This document shows, one piece after another, positions 1 through 7,452 of a stretch of DNA of 64,000 nt; the stretch's first letter is position 1, and each line of letters begins with the position of its first letter. Both the position numbers and the translations under genes were made by a program. Source of the DNA: Clostridia bacterium (GTDB taxonomy: Bacteria > Bacillota > Clostridia > Christensenellales > UBA1242). The notes beneath the pieces were generated by a model. It did no database searches. It saw only the letters and a list, made by a program, of their open reading frames with translations, and was not told the DNA's origin. Location: contig JAFTKS010000012.1 in NCBI GenBank assembly GCA_017453125.1, positions 117,238 through 181,237 of the forward strand, in the 5' to 3' direction.

Positions 1-1745
1 TCATTTTTAGCCTCAATTATAACTGGCTTTTTGCCTTTAAGATGCAAATCATAAGCAACTTCACAACCACTTAATCCTCCGCCTATTACAACTACATTAT
101 CACCAACAGTCTTTCCATTGAGATAATCAACAGTTTCAATTGCTCTTTCAATACCTGGCAAGCCAATCTTCTTTGCTTTTGAACCCGTAGCAACAACAAT
201 TTCATCTGCCTGAACTTGTTTCAAATCTGTAATTTCAGTATTAAATTTCACTTTTATTTTAAGTGCTTTTATCTGTCTTCTGAACCACTCTATTAGTTCT
301 TTATCTTTTTCTTTGAAATCTGGAGCAGCAGCTGAGATGAATATTCCTCCCAACTTGTCTGATTTCTCATAAATAGTTACATTGTGTCCTCTTAAGGTAA
401 GAATACGTGCTGTTTCCATTCCACCTATTCCACCACCGATTACAGCAATATTTTTCTTTTTCTTGGCTGGTTTATAATCATATTTTCCACCATCCATAGT
501 TTGTGGATTTAATGCACACCTAGCCATATGTGCTGTATCTCCTAGATGTCCAGCATTAGCAACACCTTTATAATGAGACATAACGAAACAAGCATTATGA
601 CAACAAATACACGGCATTATGTCTTCTTCCTTGCCTGCTTTCAATTTTGTTACCCAATGACTGTCAACCAAGAATTGTCTCGCAACACCCATTGCATCAA
701 TCTCTTTGTTTTTAATTGCATTTGAGGCAACAAGCGGAGTCATTTTTCCAGCACAAACTACAGGAATATCAACAAATTTTTTAATATGTGAACAATCCTC
801 AAGATTGCAATTCTGAGGCATATATACAGGAGGATGAGCCCAATACCAAGCATCATATGTTCCATTATCCGCATTAAGCATATCGTATCCAGCATCTTGC
901 AAATATTTAGCAGCCTTTTCACTTTCTGCCATATCCCTACCAACTTCCTTGTATTTCTCACCAGGAAGAGCACCTTGACAGAATCCTTTTGTTTTGCTTA
1001 CAACAGAGTACCTAACAGACACAGGATAATCATCACCACATTCAGCCTTGATAGCCTTTACAATTTCAACAGGAAATCTATATCTATTCTCAAAACTTCC
1101 ACCATAATTATCTTGTCTATGATTTGTATACTTAGTAGTAAATTGATCTAGCAAATATCCTTCGTGAACAGCGTGAACTTCTACACCATCTACGCCAGCT
1201 TCTTTGAGCATTTTTGACGTTCTTGCATAAGCATAGATAATGTCTTCAATTTCTTTTAATTTCATTTCTCTACACATTGCATTTTCTGCCCAACGTGAAG
1301 GAAGTTCACTTGGAGATGCTGTTAAATACGAAATATTAAAAATTGGTTTTAACAAGGCACCAAGAAACTTGTTTCTTAGCATAGGTACTAGTGCGTTTGG
1401 AATTGAAAAAGACCTTCCAAAACCAGCAGTTAATTGAACAAATAACTTTGCACCGGTTTTGTGAAATTCTTCCATGTATTTCTTTAATTTTTTAAACGCA
1501 CCTTTAGCCTTGTATAGCCATTGTCCACCTATTAAGTTTCTTAGAGGTGCTATACCAGGAATCACTAAACCAACATTGTTTTTTGCTAAATCCATAAAGA
1601 AATCAGCTGAATCCTTGTCAAAATGATGAGGCTCCATCCAACCAAATAATGATGTACCACCCATTGGACACAATACAATTCTATTTTTTATTTCAACATT
1701 ACCAATTTTCCAAGGTGTAAACAAAGGTTCATAATTTTTATTCAT
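1..1745 (-). CDS. Old Yellow Enzyme / 2-enoate (2,4-dienoyl-CoA) reductase family NADH:flavin oxidoreductase; C-terminus cut by the window edge
   Basis: Absent from the ORF track because it runs off the left edge. My translation from ATG 1745-1743 (AGGAGAG RBS just upstream) gives MNKNYEPLFTPWKIGNVEIKNRIVLCPMGG, HAVHEGYLLDQF, a Cys cluster PCICCHNAC...ARCALNP (4Fe-4S type) and IGGGIGGME (dinucleotide fold). Confidence 0.85.
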   Translation of the reverse strand, partial: MNKNYEPLFTPWKIGNVEIKNRIVLCPMGGTSLFGWMEPHHFDKDSADFFMDLAKNNVGLVIPGIAPLRNLIGGQWLYKAKGAFKKLKKYMEEFHKTGAKLFVQLTAGFGRSFSIPNALVPMLRNKFLGALLKPIFNISYLTASPSELPSRWAENAMCREMKLKEIEDIIYAYARTSKMLKEAGVDGVEVHAVHEGYLLDQFTTKYTNHRQDNYGGSFENRYRFPVEIVKAIKAECGDDYPVSVRYSVVSKTKGFCQGALPGEKYKEVGRDMAESEKAAKYLQDAGYDMLNADNGTYDAWYWAHPPVYMPQNCNLEDCSHIKKFVDIPVVCAGKMTPLVASNAIKNKEIDAMGVARQFLVDSHWVTKLKAGKEEDIMPCICCHNACFVMSHYKGVANAGHLGDTAHMARCALNPQTMDGGKYDYKPAKKKKNIAVIGGGIGGMETARILTLRGHNVTIYEKSDKLGGIFISAAAPDFKEKDKELIEWFRRQIKALKIKVKFNTEITDLKQVQADEIVVATGSKAKKIGLPGIERAIETVDYLNGKTVGDNVVVIGGGLSGCEVAYDLHLKGKKPVIIEAKN

Positions 1746-1940
1746 TTTTCTCTCCTATAAACAAAACGAGTTTGATAATTAAAAAATACAGACAATAAAA
1801 AGTAAGTTATTAATTGTATATTTATATTTTAATATTTTTTAAAAATTAAGTCAAACAAGAGATATTATATTAATTAAATACTCCCCTATATGTATGCAAT
1901 AAATAAATTTTATTATTTTTAATTTTTTTGTAAAAATTTA

Positions 1941-1969
1941 TTGACATATATCAATTTATTTGATAATAT
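1941..1969 (+). promoter_or_regulatory. sigma-A type promoter for the tRNA-Ala/tRNA-Ile pair
   Basis: TTGACA (1941-1946), 17-nt spacer, TAATAT (1964-1969); about 40 nt upstream of tRNA-Ala. Confidence 0.6.
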
Positions 1970-2011
1970 ATAAGAGCGTTCAATAATGAAAGCAACAATT
2001 AAATATGCTGT

Positions 2012-2088
2012 GGGGGTATAGCTCAGTTGGCTAGAGCACCTGCCTTGCAAGCAGGGGGTCAAGAGTTCAAGTCTCTTTATCTCCACCA
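2012..2088 (+). tRNA. tRNA-Ala (anticodon UGC), CCA encoded
   Basis: Hand-folded cloverleaf: GGGGGTA/TATCTCC acceptor with G3:U70, GCTC/GAGC D stem, CCTGC-CTTGCAA-GCAGG anticodon arm, AAGAG-TTCAAGT-CTCTT T arm, ACCA end; 77 nt. Confidence 0.95.
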
Positions 2089-2091
2089 CTT

Positions 2092-2168
2092 AGAGATGTA
2101 GCTCAGCAGGTTAGAGCACCACCCTGATAAGGTGGGGGTCGGTGGTTCGAGTCCACTCATCTCTACCA
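2092..2168 (+). tRNA. tRNA-Ile (anticodon GAU), CCA encoded
   Basis: AGAGATG/CATCTCT acceptor, GCTC/GAGC D stem, CCACC-CTGATAA-GGTGG anticodon arm, variable GGGTC, GGTGG-TTCGAGT-CCACT T arm, ACCA; 77 nt; starts 3 nt after tRNA-Ala. Confidence 0.93.
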
Positions 2169-2174
2169 TAAATT

Positions 2175-2199
2175 AACCAGTAATGATACTGGTTTTTTT
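2175..2199 (+). terminator. intrinsic terminator after tRNA-Ile
   Basis: AACCAGTA-ATGA-TACTGGTT stem-loop followed by a T run. Confidence 0.75.
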
Positions 2200-2381
2200 A
2201 TTTCCCCCACCTTAGCATTACACCTGTAATGCGTGTTGTTTACAACACATCAGGGTGCTCACCCTGCATCAACGATTGCAAAACTTGCTTTTGCATAAGT
2301 TGCGGGGTCGGTGTGTACTCGAGTCCTCGTCACTTCCGTGCCACTCGAGTGTAGCGAGTCCACTCATCTCTACCATAAATT

Positions 2382-2408
2382 AACCAGTAATTTATACTGG
2401 TTTTTTAT
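2382..2408 (+). terminator. second copy of the tRNA-Ile terminator inside repeat unit 2
   Basis: AACCAGTA-ATTTA-TACTGGTT plus T run. The stem is identical to 2175-2199; only the loop differs. Confidence 0.65.
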
Positions 2409-2608
2409 TTTCCCCACCTTAGCATTACACCTGTAATGCGTGTTGTTTACAACACATCAGGGTGCTCGCCCTGCATCACCGATTGCAAAACTTGCTTTTG
2501 CATAAGTGCGGGTTCGGTGTGTACTCGAGTCCTCGTCACTTCTGTGCCACTCGAGTGTTGCGAGTCCACTCATCTTTTTAATCTAATAATGCAAATTTGA
2601 TAAATAAA

Positions 2609-2641
2609 GAAAAAAGACATATCAAAGCAATATGTCTTTTT
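2609..2641. terminator. bidirectional intrinsic terminator (gltX on the minus strand, tRNA/repeat region on the plus strand)
   Basis: AGACATAT-CAAAGCA-ATATGTCT stem flanked by an A run (5') and a T run (3'). Confidence 0.75.
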
Positions 2642-2664
2642 ATCTAAAATTTAATGTAAATTTA

Positions 2665-4329
2665 CTATTTGAGTTTTTTCTTCAAAACGTCCAATCTATT
2701 AAACAATTCATCTTTTCCAAGTACACAGCAAATAGAATATAAATCTGGTGTATTTGTTTTGCCTGTGAATGCATATCTAACCAAATTACAGAACGCTGAC
2801 AAATTGCCATTGTATGCTTCAGGGTTAGCCTTATATGCTTTATTATCAGAACAGAATCCGTGTTTATCAGCCATCTTTTTCATTCTGTCAAACCATTCTT
2901 CTTTTGTCAACGTTTCTTCAAATAACACAATATAAGTATGCAATATTTTGTATATTAATTCATTGTCAATATTGATCAATTCTTTGAAATTAATATTAAG
3001 TTTTGAGAAGTCTTCAAACATATAATTATAATATTCTCTTACCATTGACCATTTGTAGATATCCTTTCTAGGTTTTTCTCCACCTCTTTCAATATCAAAA
3101 ACATTCATAGAATATTCTGGGTTCTTGGATAATAGTTCTGCAAATTCAGTGTCATATTCTTTTGCCCAAGCAAGTAACTGTTGATACACTTCTTTTGATG
3201 AAAGTCTAGATATATAATCTTTTGAAACATCATTAACTTTTACAATATCAAATACAGGATTTCCTGTATTAATTTTTTCTACAGCAAAAGGAAATTCTTT
3301 GTAATATTTATTAGGATTTTCTCTACGCCAATCTTCAAAGTCACTATTAAGAAGATTGAGCAAGTATTCTTTGACTGCAACAACTGGGTATCCATCTTGA
3401 ATATAGAATCTACAATCAGCCTCTGGGTCTTTTCTTTTGCTTAGTTTACGTTTTTTACCCTCTTCTGTTTTGCATATATTTGGAGTATGCAAATAAGGAA
3501 TCTCATCAAAGCCAAATGCCCTAAACAATTCAATATGACTCGCAACTGATTGGAACCAATCTTCTCCCCTAACTATAACAGTTGTTCCCATAAGTGTATC
3601 ATCAACAACGTGAGCAAATGCATATACAGGAATGCCATTATTTTTGATAAGGACTATATCTTTACCATTTTCACGAATTTTTCTCTTACCTTTAATCAAG
3701 TCGTCAAATTCCATTATTGCATTTGGATTACCCTTTGATAAAAGCCTCAATGCAAAAGGTTTTCCCATTGCAAGATTCTCTTCTATCTCCTCCAATGAGA
3801 TTTTTCTACAAGGGTCGTGATCAATTGTTGTATTATTGTTTTCTATCTCTTGTTCTCTTTTTGCAACTATATCTTCTTTGTCTTCGCATTTTTCACAGAA
3901 ACAAGGAAAAGCTCTGCCTTTTGCAACTAAATATTTGGCAAATGTTTGATAAATCTCAAGGCGTTCGCTTTGAACGTATGGACCATATATTCCCTTATCA
4001 TCGCGATTCCCTCTATACCCCTCATTTGGAACTATATCAAACTTCAAAATAGTATCGTACAATAAGTCTCCAGCATTCTCAATTTCACGTTTTTGATCGG
4101 TATCTTCCAATCTTAAATAAAAGACACTAGTTGGTTTTTTGCTAAGCATTTCGTGAGTAACACACTGAAAAAGACCTCCAATATGCAAATATCCTGTCGG
4201 ACTAGGTGCAAATCTTGTAACAACCGCATCTTTTAACAAATTTCTGCTAGGATATTTTTGGAAATATTTATTAATATTTTTATCTACATTCGGATATAGC
4301 ATCTCTGCCAGTTTATTATAGTCTAACAT
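2665..4329 (-). CDS. gltX: glutamate--tRNA ligase (long 554-aa form)
   Basis: Class I HIGH motif in RFAPSPTGYLHIGGL, KMSKS-type motif KLSKRK, and a FAHVVDD...VIVRGEDW core. Confidence 0.88.
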   Translation of the reverse strand: MLDYNKLAEMLYPNVDKNINKYFQKYPSRNLLKDAVVTRFAPSPTGYLHIGGLFQCVTHEMLSKKPTSVFYLRLEDTDQKREIENAGDLLYDTILKFDIVPNEGYRGNRDDKGIYGPYVQSERLEIYQTFAKYLVAKGRAFPCFCEKCEDKEDIVAKREQEIENNNTTIDHDPCRKISLEEIEENLAMGKPFALRLLSKGNPNAIMEFDDLIKGKRKIRENGKDIVLIKNNGIPVYAFAHVVDDTLMGTTVIVRGEDWFQSVASHIELFRAFGFDEIPYLHTPNICKTEEGKKRKLSKRKDPEADCRFYIQDGYPVVAVKEYLLNLLNSDFEDWRRENPNKYYKEFPFAVEKINTGNPVFDIVKVNDVSKDYISRLSSKEVYQQLLAWAKEYDTEFAELLSKNPEYSMNVFDIERGGEKPRKDIYKWSMVREYYNYMFEDFSKLNINFKELINIDNELIYKILHTYIVLFEETLTKEEWFDRMKKMADKHGFCSDNKAYKANPEAYNGNLSAFCNLVRYAFTGKTNTPDLYSICCVLGKDELFNRLDVLKKKLK

Positions 4330-4343
4330 TTTCTCTTCCTCTT

Positions 4344-5429
4344 TTAAATAACAACCTTATTTAATTTTTCCACATACGGCTCAAAAGTATCACTAATAAA
4401 GTTTTCTATAATTTTTATTGTTGCTTTTGTAGATGGATTCACAGTATTCAAATAACTTTCGTAATCAATACCATTCATTTGATCAAACTTATATTGGCTT
4501 ATAGTGTATATATCAAGAGCATTATAATTATACAAATAAGTATTTAATTTCTGCTCAAAAACACTTCTATCATAACACAATTCATTTAATGTCTCTTTGA
4601 CCTGTTGACCTAATTCTGAGGGATCAGAAAGATTATTCATTATAGTCTCCGAAACTTCTAGTCTTTCATCTAATAGGTCTAATAGATTAAAATCATTCTC
4701 CGAACCTACAACAACAGCCATATCACATACGCCATTTCTTCCAACTTGATAATTAAGAGCTTTGATATTTTCAAGATATACAATTCTAGAAACATCAATG
4801 TATGCTTTATCAACATAGATTTTGATATTTTCAGCAGTATGAATATCATAATTCTCTATAGCATATTTCAAATTCAAAGCGTGAAAATAATTAATAAAAT
4901 CAAATGATGCATCTATTACTTTGTTTAATTCAAACGAATATGAAGTAATAGTATATTCCATAATATTCGAAGCACCATTTTTCAAATCCACTCTAAAATC
5001 CTGATACTCATCTTTAAAATAGTCCAATGAGTTTTTAAGTGCTTTGACTTTATTATACAAAGAATTAGCCTCGTCTTTATCCATTGAACTGGCTTTTGTA
5101 TAAAACTTCTCATAGTTATTTTCATAATATTTGAAAATATTAGTAAGAATTTTCTGTTGGTAATCTAGAGCTTTGTATCGTTTTTCCAAATCGTTATTCT
5201 GATATTCATTTTCTGTAATAAGATATCTTGCATCATCAGGATAATATATTTTTATTGAGTTTGGCGACGAGGCATCTGCAAAAAATAGATTTTGTGCACC
5301 ACTTTTATACTCTGTTACCATAGTTTCATATAGGTTTTTCACATCTGTCAAATTTTTATCTTTACCACAACCAAATAATACAGCCACAGCCATCAATGGT
5401 AAAATTATTAAACTTAATAATCTTTTCAT
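4344..5429 (-). CDS. lipoprotein of unknown function
   Basis: Signal peptide with lipobox MKRLLSLIILPLMAVAVLFGC-GKD; RBS AGAGGGG; paralogous to the upstream gene. Confidence 0.7.
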   Translation of the reverse strand: MKRLLSLIILPLMAVAVLFGCGKDKNLTDVKNLYETMVTEYKSGAQNLFFADASSPNSIKIYYPDDARYLITENEYQNNDLEKRYKALDYQQKILTNIFKYYENNYEKFYTKASSMDKDEANSLYNKVKALKNSLDYFKDEYQDFRVDLKNGASNIMEYTITSYSFELNKVIDASFDFINYFHALNLKYAIENYDIHTAENIKIYVDKAYIDVSRIVYLENIKALNYQVGRNGVCDMAVVVGSENDFNLLDLLDERLEVSETIMNNLSDPSELGQQVKETLNELCYDRSVFEQKLNTYLYNYNALDIYTISQYKFDQMNGIDYESYLNTVNPSTKATIKIIENFISDTFEPYVEKLNKVVI

Positions 5430-5441
5430 AATACCCCTCTT

Positions 5442-6440
5442 TTAAAATCCTAAGACATTCAAAATATTGACAACTGCTTGTTTTGCTTTTTCATACACGG
5501 AATTGAGACCTCCGCCATCTGCCATATTATTCTTCTCTTGATTTTTGCTTGAGAATACATAATTCAATGTATCTTTGTAATTATTGTATAGTAGATTATA
5601 ACTACTCAAGAAATCATATTCAGAATATTCTGAAGTAAAAACATCAACATCATTTTGAACTTCACTAATTTTCTTTTCTACCATATACAAATCATTTGCA
5701 AAATCTGGTGCCTGGGTATCTGTTACTGATGATGATTTCAAAAGACTTCTTGCAAAAGCATCGCTCAATGCCATATTCAAATCTACTATGATATTATTAG
5801 AATAAATACTAACATCAATATAATCAAGCATACTTAAAACTAACGATGCACCTTTATTTAATGAAGTTCTATAGTCGGCATACAAAGAATTATATCTAGC
5901 AAGCAACATATCCATTTGAATTTCTTCGCCTTCTATATAATTCTGATACTTCATCAGTTCATCGATACGACTTTGTAAAGTTTCTAGACTTGAGTTGTAA
6001 TCTTTAATATTTCGTTTCAAAGCCTTCAATGTTTTACTATTAGCAAAATCTCCCTTGGTGTATGGCAAATAATACTCAATGATATCATCTAAATAACTAT
6101 CAGTCACAATATATGAATTATAAGTATAAACAACTACTCCACCCTCTCTTTCTCCAACAATTGGAGTGTCGCTTATAAGGTTGGCTCTTACCTCATGAAT
6201 TTTCTTCTCTGTATCTGTATCATTGCCAATTACTTTTTCTTCATTGCCATTGACATAATTCATACTTCTAAGATCTAACATTTTTTCACGAATACCAAGA
6301 GACTCTTTGTAATCAACCATTTCAGATAGATTATTATATGCCTGAACCTCATCTTTCTCTTTGAAGCAAAATGCCCAAACACAAAAACCTGTTACAAGTA
6401 CTACAGATAAAGCAACAATTATTTTAATCCAGAACTTCAC
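5442..6440 (-). CDS. N-terminally membrane-anchored protein of unknown function (paralog of 4344-5429)
   Basis: N-terminal TM helix IIVALSVVLVTGFCVWAFCF. Shares SLY..Y...LNKGAS.....L.Y with the lipoprotein (LKNGASNIMEYTI vs LNKGASLVLSMLDYI). Confidence 0.65.
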   Translation of the reverse strand: MKFWIKIIVALSVVLVTGFCVWAFCFKEKDEVQAYNNLSEMVDYKESLGIREKMLDLRSMNYVNGNEEKVIGNDTDTEKKIHEVRANLISDTPIVGEREGGVVVYTYNSYIVTDSYLDDIIEYYLPYTKGDFANSKTLKALKRNIKDYNSSLETLQSRIDELMKYQNYIEGEEIQMDMLLARYNSLYADYRTSLNKGASLVLSMLDYIDVSIYSNNIIVDLNMALSDAFARSLLKSSSVTDTQAPDFANDLYMVEKKISEVQNDVDVFTSEYSEYDFLSSYNLLYNNYKDTLNYVFSSKNQEKNNMADGGGLNSVYEKAKQAVVNILNVLGF

Positions 6441-6539
6441 AATATCGCTCCTTTAAATAATAATTAAATATATTTATATATATCTTATAATCACATTAAT
6501 GTTATCATAGAGAAAAACTTTAGTCAAACAAATAGCAAT

Positions 6540-7274
6540 TTAGTATATTACTTTTTTTAAAAAAAGCCCTTTAGCACTAATAGTTTTCCCTGCTTTGGTT
6601 CTATCACAAGAATGAATTATATCTTTTATTTGACATATATCAATCTTGCCCAATCCAACTTCTACCAAAGTTCCCATTATAATTCTAACCATATTATAAA
6701 GAAAACCATTACCTGTTATTGATAGAACATAGAGACAATCATCAAGTTTTGTTATTCCTATTTCATATATAGTTCTAACTTTATTTTTCACTTCCGTATT
6801 ACTCGAACAGAATGCAGAAAAATCCTTCTCCCCTAGAAATTCCTTACAAGCATCACGCATCGCTTGAATATTAACATTATATCCGATATTAGTTGCAAAT
6901 TTCTCATATACAGGTATTGTGCTTTCGCTTATATAAAAACAATAATTATAAGTTTTTCTTTTTGCAGAATATCTAGCGTGAAAATTCTCATCAACCCTTT
7001 CTACTGAAATAATACGTATATCTGAGGGCAACTGACTATTGGCATAACCCTTGACCCTATCTTCAACCAATTCTTTCTGAGTATCAAAATGACATACCTG
7101 CTCTATTGCTGAAACACCCGCATCTGTTCTTCCACTAGCAACTATTGATACCCTCTCTCCAACAACCTTTGACAAAACACTTTCTAAACATTCTTGAATT
7201 GTTTCTTTATTATTTTGTATTTGAAATCCACAATATTTCGAACCATCATAACTTATTTTAATTAAATATCTCAT
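6540..7274 (-). CDS. truA: tRNA pseudouridine(38-40) synthase TruA
   Basis: MRYLIKISYDGSKYCGFQIQ and the catalytic GRTDAGVSA motif; 244 aa. Confidence 0.92.
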   Translation of the reverse strand: MRYLIKISYDGSKYCGFQIQNNKETIQECLESVLSKVVGERVSIVASGRTDAGVSAIEQVCHFDTQKELVEDRVKGYANSQLPSDIRIISVERVDENFHARYSAKRKTYNYCFYISESTIPVYEKFATNIGYNVNIQAMRDACKEFLGEKDFSAFCSSNTEVKNKVRTIYEIGITKLDDCLYVLSITGNGFLYNMVRIIMGTLVEVGLGKIDICQIKDIIHSCDRTKAGKTISAKGLFLKKVIY

Positions 7275-7452
7275 TTTTACCTTCCGTCATAAGTATTTTA
7301 ATACAACTAAACAATTAATTCAATCTTTTTAATTGCTTTCAACAAAAATATCCCTCATTCTATGATTTTTATTACTATTTTTTGTTAATCATTTGACTAA
7401 AATTAAATAGAAGAATATACTAAAATTAGTTTGTTATAAAAGGAGAAAAATA

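Larger units (their letters stand above)
2148..2575 (+). repeat. tandem direct repeat, about 207-bp unit, about 2.07 copies, seeded by the 3' end of tRNA-Ile
   Basis: CGAGTCCACTCATCTCTACCA occurs at 2148-2168 (within the tRNA) and 2355-2375, and truncated as CGAGTCCACTCATCT at 2561-2575. The sequence between is near-identical in both units (roughly ten differences by eye). Confidence 0.9.

Noticed and set aside
758-1437. Three short ORFs listed in the track (71, 105 and 65 aa)
   Set aside because: All lie inside the long minus-strand OYE-family reductase frame that the track missed because it is open at the window edge.
2148-2575. Possible CRISPR array or a tRNA group I/archaeal-type intron at the tRNA-Ile-derived repeats
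   Set aside because: The units are contiguous ~207-bp repeats with no unique spacers and no cas genes, so this is not CRISPR. The ~80-nt insertion at the anticodon position is too small for a group I intron, and I see no P3-P7-like core. The copies also lack the 5' tRNA half, so they cannot be intron-containing tRNA genes.
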